DNA of 64,000 bases from an uncultured delta proteobacterium (GCA_963789395.1 CAWBKP010000014.1:390816-454815); one strand, 5' to 3'; positions 25,358 through 37,523 are shown, counted from the first letter of the stretch. Numbers and translations are program-made. The notes: generated by a model from the letters alone, not told the origin.

Positions 25358-26437
25358 TTATTCAGACCATGCCGCAGCAGGGCCTTTCCGGAATGCTTTC
25401 CCGATCACAAATTGACTGCTTCGCCCCAGCAGGCTGCCTGAAAACGGCTCATACGTTCGCGGGTCCCTGAGCATGCCGTTGCAGTGGATTCCCGACTCAT
25501 GGGTAAAGACAAGGGAACCGGTGATCGGCTTGTTGGCGGGAATGGGCCGCTGAGCCGCCTGGGATACATAGGTACACAAAGGCATTAAATCAGCGGACCG
25601 GATACGGCATTTTTTTTCTCCGGAAAGCAGAAGCGCCAGTGCCACTTCTTCCAGCGCCGCATTTCCCGCCCGCTCACCCAGGCCGTTTACGGTAACGCTT
25701 AGAGCCTCCGCACCCGCCTGGGCCGCACAGATCGCATTGGCGGTTGCCATCCCCAGATCGTTGTGACCATGAAACTCAAGCACCATTTCGCCGGATGCGA
25801 CCATCAGTTCCGCCAGAACAGCTGCGATTGTAAAAGGCGTTGCAATGCCAACGGTATCCGCAATCCGTATCCGGTAAGCGCCCCAAAAGGAAGCGTGCTC
25901 GGCAAATGTCTTCAAAAAAGACAACTCGGCGCGGGTTGCATCCTGAGCCCCAACCGATACAAATTGAAATCTGTTGCGGGCAAAGACAAGTAGTTCCTCG
26001 AGTTGCGCAAGCACCCAGGATTCATTCCTGTTCATGGCGTTCATGAGAATGGATGACACGGGAAAACTGATGTGAATGCCGCCCGTGCCGCATTTGGCGG
26101 CATCTTCGATATCCTCGCGTCTGGCCCGGCACCAGCAGGTCAGGCGGCAGGGAAAGTTCAGGCGGGCGATGGCCCGGATGTCTGCCTGTTCGATTTCCCC
26201 CATGGCAGGTGTTCCGACTTCCAGCTCATCGATTCCCGCTTCCGCCAGCATCCCCGCGATGGTTTCCTTGGTTTCCCGGCTGAAGGCAACCCCCGGCGAC
26301 TGCTCACCGTCTCTGAGGGTCGTATCGATCAGCCATATCGGATCATGTCCATGCGCTTTCAGGTATTGATCCCCGTTCTTCAGCCATGTCTGCCAGTTCA
26401 GATTATGTGCATTCATCATGCTTTTCATTTTCGACAT
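25358..26437 (-). CDS. nifV: Homocitrate synthase
   Basis: [43 protein letters not shown] is restored by one indel near 25397; last gene of the nif cluster. Confidence 0.9.
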   Translation of the reverse strand: MSKMKSMMNAHNLNWQTWLKNGDQYLKAHGHDPIWLIDTTLRDGEQSPGVAFSRETKETIAGMLAEAGIDELEVGTPAMGEIEQADIRAIARLNFPCRLTCWCRARREDIEDAAKCGTGGIHISFPVSSILMNAMNRNESWVLAQLEELLVFARNRFQFVSVGAQDATRAELSFLKTFAEHASFWGAYRIRIADTVGIATPFTIAAVLAELMVASGEMVLEFHGHNDLGMATANAICAAQAGAEALSVTVNGLGERAGNAALEEVALALLLSGEKKCRIRSADLMPLCTYVSQAAQRPIPANKPITGSLVFTHESGIHCNGMLRDPRTYEPFSGSLLGRSSQFVIGKAFRKGPAAAWSE

Positions 26438-26739
26438 GAAATGAGATAGTCCGTAACAGGCTTGCCATCTTCCAGCCCATCCAGAATCTCATCGATCATC
26501 CCTTCGCTGGTGACATTGCCGTACCACAGTCCTTCGGGATAAATGACCATCACCGGTCCAAAATCGCAGGCTTTCATGCAACCCGTGCTGGTGACGGCGG
26601 CATTCAGCCCCCTGTCCAGAATTTCGTTTTCAATATAAGGCAAATAATTGAGAGAACCTTTTTTATTGCAGGTTCCCTTCGAATCGCCGCCGGCTCTGAA
26701 GCTGGCGCACACAAAAATATGATGTTCAGGCGTGTCCAT
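26425..26739 (-). CDS. Thioredoxin-like [2Fe-2S] ferredoxin
   Basis: [28 protein letters not shown]. Confidence 0.9.
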   Translation of the reverse strand: MDTPEHHIFVCASFRAGGDSKGTCNKKGSLNYLPYIENEILDRGLNAAVTSTGCMKACDFGPVMVIYPEGLWYGNVTSEGMIDEILDGLEDGKPVTDYLISCRK

Positions 26740-26756
26740 TTGATCTCCCAATAGAT

Positions 26757-26894
26757 GAAATTCGACTATCAAAATCCGAAATTCGAAACACATTCGACTA
26801 TCAAAACATCGCAAGTTGTCAGTTGAACCCACGCCGTTTTGGTCATTAGGATTTTGGTCATTGTTTCGGATTTCGATATTCGGATTTCGGATTT
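26757..26894. repeat. Heptamer-based palindromic intergenic element, copy 2
   Basis: AAATTCG/AAATCCG units on the left, CGGATTT/CGATATT units on the right. Confidence 0.7.
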
Positions 26895-26928
26895 ACAATT
26901 AAAAACAGATTTTCTGTTTACGCACGCA

Positions 26929-28215
26929 TTATCCCCCACACCCTGCACCGGTTCCGGAGCACTCCGCCCCGCAGGCCGTTTTTTTGCGTTTTATCAGATG
27001 CCGGAGGCTTTTGCCGTCAAAAACCGTCTGCACGGCTTCATGAATGAGACCTTCTATTTCCACGACTTCAACCCCTTTCCGGGTGAGGACCTGACGGGGA
27101 TTGGCCCCGACACCGCCGACCAGAAGCAGACTGCAGTCGCTGATGCTATCGGCCAGTTCTTCCCATCGGTGCAGACCGCCGCCGGCGTCCGGCGTCCGGC
27201 GCGACGCTATCAGGGATACGGTTCCGTTCTTTTGGCCGTATATCAGCAGCTGATCCGCCTCTCCCAGATGCTGATTCACCAATACGCCTTCCCGGCTGGC
27301 CACCGCCACAAAAGACCGGGAAGCGTTTATCTGCAGGGGTTGCGGTTCGGGCATGCTTTCACAGGTTTTCAGGCTGGCCAGCAGTTCCGGCGGCATGTCT
27401 TCTCCCAGAAGCCCCACGGCATCCGCGCGGCAGCGGGTGCAGTGGTGCATCTGGGGAATGTATTTTCCGGCCTCTTTCCGGATATGCGCGATCACCTCTT
27501 TTGACGGCTCCGGAATATTTTCAAAGGTTGAGCCCTGATTCGGGAAATAGGGAACGCAGTTAAAAATATCCACGTTCATCTCCCCCATTTTTTTGGCAAC
27601 ATCCGGTATATGCGCATCATTGATGCCGGGGATGATGATCGAATTGACCTTGACCAGGATCCCTTTTTCCTTGAGCTGCGTGATGGCTTCGATTTGTTTC
27701 TGCATCAGCACTTTCACCCCTTCCGCGGGATGAAACACCCGTTTGCCGTAGCGGACCCAGGAATAGATCTTTTCCGCTACGGCCGGATCAACGGCGTTGA
27801 CCGTAACCGTAACGTGACTGACCTGGAGTTGCGCCAGCGCGTCAATGTACGGGCCGATACCCAGTCCGTTTGTAGCCACGCACAGGAGCATCTCCGGGTA
27901 GCTTTTTCGGACCCTTCCGAGGGTTTCCATGGTTTCTTCCGGATTGGCAAACGGATCACCCGGTCCGGCAAGGCCGACCACGGAGATGTTTTTCTTTTTT
28001 TCAAACACCGAGTCCAGATAGACCATGGCCTGAGCCGGCGACAGCACACCGGAAGTGACGCCGGGCCGGCTTTCGTTGATACAGTCGAATTTGCGGTTAC
28101 AGAATTTGCACTGAATGTTGCACCGGGGCGCAACCGGAAGATGCACCCTTCCGAAAGTGTGCCGCACCGTGTCATTGAAGCAGGGGTGGTGGGTCAGGTT
28201 CATGTCGGTTTTCAT
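26929..28215 (-). CDS. nifB: FeMo-co biosynthesis radical SAM protein with NifX-like C-terminal domain
   Basis: HPCF, CNIQCKFC, ESRPG, AGPGD, CTRCRADA, VNQHLG. Confidence 0.96.
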   Translation of the reverse strand: MKTDMNLTHHPCFNDTVRHTFGRVHLPVAPRCNIQCKFCNRKFDCINESRPGVTSGVLSPAQAMVYLDSVFEKKKNISVVGLAGPGDPFANPEETMETLGRVRKSYPEMLLCVATNGLGIGPYIDALAQLQVSHVTVTVNAVDPAVAEKIYSWVRYGKRVFHPAEGVKVLMQKQIEAITQLKEKGILVKVNSIIIPGINDAHIPDVAKKMGEMNVDIFNCVPYFPNQGSTFENIPEPSKEVIAHIRKEAGKYIPQMHHCTRCRADAVGLLGEDMPPELLASLKTCESMPEPQPLQINASRSFVAVASREGVLVNQHLGEADQLLIYGQKNGTVSLIASRRTPDAGGGLHRWEELADSISDCSLLLVGGVGANPRQVLTRKGVEVVEIEGLIHEAVQTVFDGKSLRHLIKRKKTACGAECSGTGAGCGG

Positions 28216-28302
28216 ATTAGGGCCCCTTTGATAAACTCGTAAACTAAGAAATGATCCGGCAAATTAACAAACTGCAGGTATCAGACAATTACCATGAAAC
28301 GT

Positions 28303-28390
28303 CTTCCCCCCCTTGGAAAGGGGGGTCAGGGGGGATTTCATGCAGCCCGTAGAAAAATCCCCCTCGATCCCCCTTTTTCAAAGGGGGAAG
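28303..28390. repeat. REP-like palindromic element, copy 2 (complete)
   Basis: CTTCCCCCCCTTGGAAAGGGGGG..GGGGGATTT..AAATCCCCC..CCCCCTTTTTCAAAGGGGGAAG. Confidence 0.75.
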
Positions 28391-28457
28391 GTTTCATTTC
28401 CATTGATGGGGAGAGGTTGAACCCCGCATTCATGCATGTTAACAACGCCAACACCTT

Positions 28458-31194
28458 TCACATATAGGCATATCCGATATCGGATGATTTCTGCCGGTGG
28501 TCCAGCAGGGTATTGACGATGGTGTCAAAAAGCGACTGGCAGCCCTGATAGCCGATATGCAGTATTCTGGCGCCGCCGACCCGGTCATGAATCGGAAACC
28601 CGACCCGCACCAGGGGGACCGGGATTTTCCGGGCCACGGAATAGCCCTTGCTGCTTCCGATCAGAAAATCCGGCTTCAATTTGTCGGCTTCTTCCGCGAT
28701 TTCAACAAAATCGACATTGTCAAAGACATGAATTTCCTGTCCTTCAAATCCGACAATCACCTCGGCAATTGTTTCCTTCAAATACCCGCTTCTCCCGCCG
28801 GATGCGCACAGCACCGGAATTATGCCGATCTCGGATAAAAATGACGCCAGCCCCACGACCAGATCTTCGTCGCCGTAGACCACGGCTCTTGCGCCGGAAA
28901 CATATTTATGGCCATCGATGTATGCGTCCATGAGCCGCCCCCGTTCTTCCCGGTATTTTTCGGGCACGGGGTTTCCGCTGATATCTTCCAGCACTGTAAA
29001 CAACCGGTCCGTCTCATGGATGCCGATGGGCAGACCCGGGCTGTAAAGGGGGATATCCAATTCATCCCGAAGGTGCTTTCCGGCACTGCGCTGCCTGGAC
29101 AGAATCCTGCCGAATTCGATGCTGGCCCTCGCATTTCCCATTTTCCGGATATCGCCAACGGGTGTTCCGCCATCCGGAATCCTGTGATATGCTTTCCAGG
29201 GCTCACCGTCCAGGGTCCTGGAATAATCCGGGAGCATCACAAAGGGCAGCCCCATATCCCGGATAATGTCTTTCAGCAGGCGAAGGTCGGCCGGAGACAG
29301 CATTCCCGGAAACAGATTGACCGCATCGCTTTTTTCGGTTCGCGTCGTTGCGAGCGCCGACACCGCAGCTTTCACCGCACCGTGAAATCCGTCAACGTGC
29401 GTTCCCTTGTAGCTTGGCGTGGACACCTGCACCAGGGCCGGAATCTCTTTTTCCTTGTTCGCTTCCCGGTAGTGCCGGAGAAACATCGGCACATCATCGC
29501 CGATGGTCTCCGACAGACAGGTTGTGGCAACCCCGATCAGCTCCGGATGGTACTGCTTCTGCAGGTTGTCTATGGCTGTTTTCAGGTTCACGCCGCCCCC
29601 GAAAATGGCGGTCTGCTCTCCGAAATTGGAGCAGGCGATATCCACCGGCTCTTTATAATGGCTGATCAGATACCGGCGCATATAGGTCGAGCATCCCTGA
29701 GAGCCATGAATCAGGGGAACCGCACCCTTGATTCCTTTGAAAGCAAGGGATGCCCCCAGCGGCGTACACACGTTGCAGGCGTTCTGGGTGCCGGCATCGG
29801 TTTTTTCGATCTTTCGCTGAAGGATGACCGGGCCGCCCGAAGACGGATTTTCGGTCTCTCTGGCAAATCCCCATACCGGACTGGTTACGCTTTCATACAC
29901 TTCCTTGGCGAAATTGAGCATTCCCACATATCCGGCCAGCGGGATTTTGCGCTCATGATTGTGATCGCAGAAGCCGACCCCCATCTTGTATGCGATCGGC
30001 CGCTCCTTGACGCCGCCGATGACCAGATCCGCGCCTTTTTCGATGATATACTTGGAAAGCTCCAGGGGATTGGCGTCATCCACGATCACCGCCCCGTCAT
30101 CGCATAGCTCCCTGAGTTCGGCGTAATCCTCCGGGTTGCCGGTCTGAGAGCCGGCAAGCACCACATCCATCCCCAGAAGCCGCAGGGCTTTAATGAGCGA
30201 AAATGCCTTGAATGCGCCGCCCACGTAAATGGCTGCTTTTTTGCCCGTCAGCGCTTTTTTATACTCCTGAAGCTGCGGATAAATCCGGCTGATCTCTTCC
30301 TTGACCATCTCCTGCGTCCGGCCGAGGATGTCCGGCTGATCGCTGAAATGCTCGGCCACATCGTACAGGGCCTTGGACATATCCTCGACGCCGAAATACG
30401 AGACCCGGATATAGGGAATGTCGTAGGTCTCTTCCATCATTTTGGCCAGATACGTCATGGAGCCGGAGCATTGCACCACATTCAGGGACGCACCATGCGC
30501 CCGCTGAACGTCCGCCACCCGGCCGTCGCCGGTCATCACCGATACCACCTGAACGCCCATCCGCTGATAATAGTCCCGGATGATCCAGGCTTCTCCGCCG
30601 ATGTTGAATTCGCCCAGGATATTGATGCTGGTCTTGCCGATGTCCGCGGTATTTCCCTGCCCGATCAGTTTGAACAGGGCTTCGCAGGCCGCTTTGTAGC
30701 CGTCTTTTTTGGTTCCCTTGAACCCTTCCGAATTTACGGGAAGGACGGGAATCCCTTTTTCTCCGGCCACTTTCCGGCATACCGCCGCCACATCATCGCC
30801 GATGATCCCCACGATGCAGGTTGAATAGACAAAGGCCGCCTTGGGTGAATACCGGTCGATGAGTCCGGATCAACACTGCGTAAAGCTTTTTCTCACCCCC
30901 GAAAATCACGTCTTTTTCCTGTAAGTCCGTGGAAAAACTGAGGCGATGCAGCTCGGGCCCCGAAGACAGCGCGCCCCGGATATCCCAGGTGTAGGCTGCG
31001 CAGCCAACGGGTCCGTGAACCAGATGCACCGCATCGGCAATCGGATACAGCACCACACGGGACCCGCAGAACACGCAGGCCCTCTGGCTGATGGAGCCGG
31101 CCAGGCTGTGCTTGTCACAGGTCATCTGATACGGCGTATCCCCTTTTTCCCAGATGTGGTTTTCCCGCTCTTTGAGTATGGGTATGCTTGTCAT
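28458..31194 (-). CDS. nifEN: Fused NifE-NifN scaffold (frameshift ~30860)
   Basis: SQRACVFCG, HGPVGC, CIVGIIGDD (NifE) continue in one ORF into NACNVCTPLG, HGSQGC, TTCLSETIGDD (NifN). Confidence 0.92.
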
Positions 31195-32573
31195 TACATC
31201 ACCAGTTCCATGTTGATGTCGGTTGCATCCCGATCTTTCCGGTCCAGGAGCGCATCCAGTATTTTTTCCAGAAAGCGGATGCCGCCTTTATAGCCCATTG
31301 TCGAAAAATAGCTGTGTCCGATCCGGTCGAAAATGGGAAAGCCGTACCGCACCAGCGGGATGTCCTCATCCTTGGCAACGTATTTCAGGTACGTGTTCCC
31401 GATCAGCAGATCCACGGGTTCCTGTTTGATCCATTGATGCAGCAGGAACATGTCCCCCGGGATTTTGATTTTGACTTCACAGGGCGCGTCCTTGACCACT
31501 TCCCGAAGTGCTTTTTCAAATTTTTTACCTGCCGGCGTTCCGCTCACCATATAGACCGGAATCATGTCAATGGAGACCAGGAATTTGGCAATGGCCAGAA
31601 GCTGATCCGGGTCACCGGCCAGAGCGACTCTTTTTCCGTAAAAATACTGATGCATGTCCGAGATCACATCCACGAGCTGTCCCCGCTCCAGCGTGAGCGC
31701 ATCCGGCACATTCACGCCCGCAATGCGCCGGAGGTTATCGACAAACGTGTCCGTGCCCTCAAGGCCCATGGGTAAATCGAGGAGCTGGCAGGGAACCTTG
31801 CATTTGGCATCCAAAGCTCTGGCAGCCGGACCCGAGGCCAGCTTGCCCAGGGCCAGGGTCCCCATGCTGGAGCCGGTCAGTTTCAGTTCGGGAATCGTCA
31901 CCCCGCCTTCGGGATACATGCGGAATTTTCCGGTCAGCGGGCCGTTCAACACGTTTGAAGTGTCCGGGAACATGATCGTTTTAACGCCCATGAGAGACGC
32001 AATGCGCCGGATCTCTTCCATGTCCGCCGGCTCCGAATATCCCGGAATCAAATTGATGGTTTTGTTTTTGTGTCCGTTTGATTCGGCAAAGTAATCCACC
32101 ATGGCCCGGGTCATGGTGGCGAATCCGGTAACATGCGATCCCACATAACTGGGCGTATTGGCATGAATGACATATTTGCCGCCGGGGATTTTACCATCCG
32201 CCCTGGCTTTATTGACGATCTGCGGAATATCATCCCCGATGGTTTCCGACAGACAGGTGGTATGCACGGCAATGACATCCGGGTGATACACGGAGAAAAT
32301 ATTGTCGATGGCCTGAAGCAGGTTGGCCTGTCCCCCGAAAACCGATGCGCCCTCTGTAAATGCGCTGGTGGCGGCCATGACCGGTTCTTTGTAATGCCGG
32401 GTCAGGGCGCTGCGATGATAGGCATAGCAGCCCTGAGACCCGTGGCTGTGCGGAAGACACCCGTGAATACCCAGTGCTGCATACATGGCGCCAATGGGCT
32501 GACAGGTTTTGGCCGGATTGATCGTTAATGCACTGCGTTCTGAAATTTCTTTTGGCGTATGTCTGAGCAGCAT
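31194..32573 (-). CDS. nifK: Nitrogenase MoFe protein beta chain
   Basis: INPAKTCQPIGA, HGSQGC, TCLSETIGDD, TPSYVGSH, GFPIFDR. Confidence 0.97.
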   Translation of the reverse strand: MLLRHTPKEISERSALTINPAKTCQPIGAMYAALGIHGCLPHSHGSQGCYAYHRSALTRHYKEPVMAATSAFTEGASVFGGQANLLQAIDNIFSVYHPDVIAVHTTCLSETIGDDIPQIVNKARADGKIPGGKYVIHANTPSYVGSHVTGFATMTRAMVDYFAESNGHKNKTINLIPGYSEPADMEEIRRIASLMGVKTIMFPDTSNVLNGPLTGKFRMYPEGGVTIPELKLTGSSMGTLALGKLASGPAARALDAKCKVPCQLLDLPMGLEGTDTFVDNLRRIAGVNVPDALTLERGQLVDVISDMHQYFYGKRVALAGDPDQLLAIAKFLVSIDMIPVYMVSGTPAGKKFEKALREVVKDAPCEVKIKIPGDMFLLHQWIKQEPVDLLIGNTYLKYVAKDEDIPLVRYGFPIFDRIGHSYFSTMGYKGGIRFLEKILDALLDRKDRDATDINMELVM

Positions 32574-32619
32574 AATTCTCTATCTCCAATTCGTTTATAT
32601 AAAAGTCTTCACGGTCCTA

Positions 32620-32696
32620 CCCCTTGAAAGGGGAACTGAGGATTTCATTGTCTGCGGGCTGAAAATTCCCCCCTGAACCCCCTTTTTCAAAGGCGA
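32620..32696. repeat. REP-like palindromic element, copy 3 (degenerate)
   Basis: CCCCTTGAAAGGGG..GGATTT..AAATTCCCCCC..CCCCCTTTTTCAAAGG. Confidence 0.6.
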
Positions 32697-32756
32697 ATAG
32701 CATTTGGGTGCAAATGACTCCGAACTTGTGTTCTGATACTGCCACTTTTGTCTCCT

Positions 32757-34418
32757 TCATTCCCACGCATATGTTGCCATGAGTTCCGGATTTTTCTGCC
32801 AGGGCGCCTTCATGTAGCTCCAGATCTTGCTGTTTACCATCCGGTCAATATCCTTGTAGAAATTGACGGCGCCGACAAACCCGGCATAGGGTCCGCCGTA
32901 ATCATAACTGTGGAGCTGTTTCATGGGAATTCCGTGCTTCTGGATCGCGTATTTTTCCTTGATCCCCGCACAGAACAAATCGGGCTTGTAAATTTCAATG
33001 AGCTGGTCCGTCTCATACTGGCTGGGGTCATCGATAATCAGGGTGTTGTTCGGCATCTCCGGCATCATGCCGTCATATTCTCCGAAAACCACCCCCTGGG
33101 TTTTCAGCCTTTCAACTTCTTCCGGCCCTTTGCGCGGCTTGAATTTTTCCGGATCCGGATGGACTTCCAGTTCCTGAATATTCCGGCTGTCCGCATCCAC
33201 CCGGATATCGGGCAGGACCTTGCGGCCTTCATAATCGTCCCTGTGGCCGAATTCATATCCGGCGGAAAGGGTGACCATGCCCAGTTCTTTAAAAAGATCC
33301 TGATAATGATGCGCCCGGGACCCGCCCACAAACAGCATGACCCGTTTGCCTCTGGTGCGGGGATAAACGGCGTTTCTGGCTTTTTCCACCGCCGGCATTT
33401 CCTCGGCGATCACCGCCTCGACCCGTTCGGTGAGTTTGGGGTCGTCAAAATACGCGGCGATTTTCCGAAGGGACTTGGCCGTGGATTCGGCGCTGATGAA
33501 ATTGACCTTGATCCAGGGAATGCCATATTTTTTCTCCATCATTTCCGCGACATAATTGATGGACCGATGGCACATGATCAGGTTGACATCCGCTGTGTGC
33601 GAATTGGCGAAGCCATCCACGGTGGAGTTGCCGCTGAACGTCGCCACCTGGGTAATGCCGCATTTTTCAAAAATCCGCTCGATTTCAAAGGCGTCTCCGC
33701 CGATATTGTATTCGCCGAGCAGATTGATCTTGAATTCGCCTTCCCGGACGGTGTCGTCGGTCCCCACCACATGCGTAAACACGCCGTTGTTTGCGATATG
33801 GTGCCCGGCGGACTGGCTGACCCCTTTATAGCCTTCGCAACTGAAGCCAAAAACATTGATGCCCAGCTTTTCCTTCATTTCCTTGCAGACCGAGTGCACA
33901 TCGTCTCCGATCAGCCCCACCGGACAGGTGGCGAATACGCCGATGGCCTTGGGCTTGAAGATGTCGTAGGCTTCCTGAATGGCCTGCTTCAGTTTTTTTT
34001 CACCGCCGAAGATGATCTGCTCATCCTGCATGTCCGTTGAAAAACAGTACGGCATGAAATTGTGCCCGTCCGTTGATGATCCCGGAGATGCATCCGGATC
34101 GGTCTGGTTTCTGCGGGTCAGCCAGCTGTAATACCCGCAGCCGATGGGGCCGTGCGTAATATTGACGATATCACGGGTCGGCCCGAGCACCACGCCCTTG
34201 CAGCCCGCGTAACAGCATCCCCGCTGTCCGATCAGGCCGGGAGTGGTTCGCACATTCGACTGGATTTCGGGAACATCTCCGGTTTCGCCGACCTTGTTGA
34301 TGATGATCTGCTTGGCACGTTTTCGCGCCACTTTGGTCGGATACTTGGCGATGAGTTCCAGTTTCACTTTTTCAGGGTCTAATCTTTCTTCTTCCACGAT
34401 ATCTTCGGTAGTCTCCAT
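32757..34418 (-). CDS. nifD: Nitrogenase MoFe protein alpha chain (group II type)
   Basis: RGCCYAGCKG, HGPIGC, TCPVG, QSAGHH, MCHRS, GGSRAHH, QLHSYDY; insertion after YEFGHRDDYEG. Confidence 0.97.
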   Translation of the reverse strand: METTEDIVEEERLDPEKVKLELIAKYPTKVARKRAKQIIINKVGETGDVPEIQSNVRTTPGLIGQRGCCYAGCKGVVLGPTRDIVNITHGPIGCGYYSWLTRRNQTDPDASPGSSTDGHNFMPYCFSTDMQDEQIIFGGEKKLKQAIQEAYDIFKPKAIGVFATCPVGLIGDDVHSVCKEMKEKLGINVFGFSCEGYKGVSQSAGHHIANNGVFTHVVGTDDTVREGEFKINLLGEYNIGGDAFEIERIFEKCGITQVATFSGNSTVDGFANSHTADVNLIMCHRSINYVAEMMEKKYGIPWIKVNFISAESTAKSLRKIAAYFDDPKLTERVEAVIAEEMPAVEKARNAVYPRTRGKRVMLFVGGSRAHHYQDLFKELGMVTLSAGYEFGHRDDYEGRKVLPDIRVDADSRNIQELEVHPDPEKFKPRKGPEEVERLKTQGVVFGEYDGMMPEMPNNTLIIDDPSQYETDQLIEIYKPDLFCAGIKEKYAIQKHGIPMKQLHSYDYGGPYAGFVGAVNFYKDIDRMVNSKIWSYMKAPWQKNPELMATYAWE

Positions 34419-34441
34419 TGTTCTTTCTCCTCTGGCGTCTT

Positions 34442-34822
34442 TCACGCGTCATCCAGTACTTCATCGCCGAATTCGCCGGTCCGGACGCGAATGGCATCCT
34501 GGCATGGCACGACATAAATTTTCCCGTCTCCGGATTTTCCGGTCCGGTTGACCCGGATAATGGTTTTAACGGTTTTCTCCACCAGTTTGTCCGGAACAAC
34601 GACCAGGAGTATCCGCTTGGGAATCAGCCGCCCGCTTTGTCCAAGCTGGGATATGGCCTCTTCATAGCCCAATTCCGCACCTTTCAGCAGCTGCATGTCC
34701 ACGATCCCTTTTCCTCTGCCCAGCGCGTCTCTGGCGGTGACGGACGAGATGCCCGCCTCCGACAACGCGCGTTTGGTTTCATTCATCTTGTTCATGCGAA
34801 TGATGGCGGTAATCTCCTTCAT
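34442..34822 (-). CDS. nifI2: Nif-associated P-II protein 2
   Basis: MKEITAIIRMNK..GRGKG..PKR..GDGKI; lies between nifH and nifD. Confidence 0.92.
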   Translation of the reverse strand: MKEITAIIRMNKMNETKRALSEAGISSVTARDALGRGKGIVDMQLLKGAELGYEEAISQLGQSGRLIPKRILLVVVPDKLVEKTVKTIIRVNRTGKSGDGKIYVVPCQDAIRVRTGEFGDEVLDDA

Positions 34823-35175
34823 ATTTTCACCTCGGTCATTTCCCCGGCGGATGTCTCCTTGATTCCCGAGCTGATGGTGTAGGCTTCCTCCACCGGAATC
34901 ACAAAAATCTTTCCGTCCCCGTAAGCGCCCTTGTCTCCGGTTCTTGCCGCCTGCATAATCGTTTTGATCACAAAGTCCTTGTCCTGGTTTTTTACAATTG
35001 CCAGGATCATTTCCTTGGGGATTTCGTCATAGGTGATCTCACCGATCTTGATGCCGCGCTGTTTGCCGCGACCCACAACGGACATTTTTGTAATACCGGG
35101 AAACCCTGCTTCCATCAGCGCAGCCAGTACATTGTCCGCTTTTTCGGGTCTGACGATCGATCGAATCATTAACAT
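34819..35175 (-). CDS. nifI1: Nif-associated P-II protein 1
   Basis: IVRPEK..GRGKQRG..YDEIPK..GAYGDGKIF. Confidence 0.92.
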   Translation of the reverse strand: MLMIRSIVRPEKADNVLAALMEAGFPGITKMSVVGRGKQRGIKIGEITYDEIPKEMILAIVKNQDKDFVIKTIMQAARTGDKGAYGDGKIFVIPVEEAYTISSGIKETSAGEMTEVKI

Positions 35176-35250
35176 TTCAACCACTCCTTTTTGTATGAAA
35201 GTTCTTGAAGGCAGACTGAAGCGCTGTTCTATTTCTCCTTCAGCCCTTAT

Positions 35251-36100
<850 letters not shown>

Positions 36101-36134
36101 TCATTAACCATCAAAAACATTTGAAAATAAACTA

Positions 36135-36149
36135 AGCAATATTGTGCCA
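36135..36149 (-). promoter_or_regulatory. sigma54-like promoter of nifH, spacer 1 nt short
   Basis: Minus strand TGGCAC-AATA-TTGCT (GG-N9-GC). Confidence 0.55.
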
Positions 36150-36196
36150 AATACTAAAAATATATTAACATATTGATATTACATATATAAATATTG

Positions 36197-36268
36197 TCAA
36201 TAATTGTAAGTTAAATTATTAAACTATACATAATTGTGTTATAATATCTTAATATTTACATATTTGTA
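36197..36268. promoter_or_regulatory. Three phased TACA-N4-TGTA-type sites upstream of nifH
   Basis: TCAA-TAAT-TGTA 36197, TACA-TAAT-TGTG 36227, TACA-TATT-TGTA 36257 (30-bp period). Confidence 0.55.
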
Positions 36269-36419
36269 TAATACGAAGCAGTGCAAATGTCTGCAATTTC
36301 GGGTATCGCTCCGGGAGAGGATGAAGACGGATTCAGGAAGCGTTGTTCAGGAATGAATTTAATTCGGGATGGTGGGTTGAAGAGAATTACCGGGTTCGCA
36401 AGTCCAGGATATTAAAACA

Positions 36420-36461
36420 CAAAGAGGGGAAGATCAGACAAACCGTATCTTTCCCTCTTTG
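36420..36461 (-). terminator. Hairpin after the porin-like gene
   Basis: CAAAGAGGGGAAGAT..ATCTTTCCCTCTTTG. Confidence 0.55.
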
Positions 36462-36530
36462 CGCTCCTGCATTGCCTGTGATCGAGGAGGGACTCAGCCT
36501 CAAATAATCACATGACGCGTCAAAACACGT

Positions 36531-37345
36531 TTAAAATGCCATGGACAACGTTACGCCGCCGTAAAAAAATCTGGAATTGTCGCTGATACTGACCGAGTCA
36601 ATATAATCCGCGGCATTTCTGGCAAAGCGGAAACGAATAGGCAACCATGGGTTTAACGGCGAAATATTCGCCAACGGGTATGGTCAGCCCGGCCGATACC
36701 AGTCCGTTGTTAAATTCCCTGTATTTATCATTCGGATTATTCACTTCAACCATATTGTCGGTGTCGGAATAATAATACCCTGCCGATGCAGCCAGATCCA
36801 GGGTGATTTTCTCGTAGATCGGCTGTGAATGCGAGACGCCTAAATTAAAATACCAGGCCGGCGAATGGGCAATTTCCCGGTAGACGGTCAGGGTGGGGCT
36901 CAAAATTGTATCCAGGCCTACGGAAGCATACACCTCCTGTGAATCATACGTCGCAAGCGCCAGCGCATAGTAGATATAACCGCCGGACAGTTTAAACATT
37001 CCCAGGGTTTTGGCGTACGAAAGGGTAAGGTCCGTTTCCGTGTATTTGGATTGACGTTTCATCTGAACCACTGGTGTGCAGGTCCGTATCCATATTCCCC
37101 CAGACATTGAAACTGAACCCCTCATATCCCACTGTCACGGACGGCTGAATGACAACACTGTTATAGCTCTGCTCAAATCCTCTCCAGATGTACTGGCTCA
37201 AAACACCCAAATCCAATGCTGCCGTTGGTTTGGAAGCTTCTGCTGCCGCTGGCTTGGCCTCCTCATCTGCCAGTACGACCGCCTGGCTGGTAAAAATGAC
37301 TGTCGCCGCCGCAATGCATGCCCAGATACGTCGATTTTTCTTCAT
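36531..37345 (-). CDS. Putative outer-membrane beta-barrel protein (TorF-like), frameshifted
   Basis: Signal peptide, SQYIWRG..VIQPS, ETDLTLSY, alternating aromatic strands, C-terminal Phe (GGVTLSMAF); downstream of amtB. Confidence 0.7.
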
Positions 37346-37457
37346 TTTCTTTTTTCTCCCTTTTGTTTTTTCCTGATCAATAAATAATAAAACCCTTTGC
37401 CACCCTTTTCTTCATCACCTGATCCATTTACAAATCTGTCGATATTTTTCCGGTCAA

Positions 37458-37498
37458 CGACCGTGATCCGGGCCCATCTCCAGACCGGATCACGGTCG
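37458..37498. terminator. Hairpin between amtB2 and the porin gene
   Basis: CGACCGTGATCCGG..CCGGATCACGGTCG (14-bp arms). Confidence 0.5.
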
Positions 37499-37523
37499 AT
37501 TCACACATGCTTTCCAGCAGTTA

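Noticed and set aside
31194..34418. Alternative (V or Fe-only) nitrogenase
   Set aside because: No vnfG/anfG between D and K, nifEN is present, and the motifs fit Mo-type group II.
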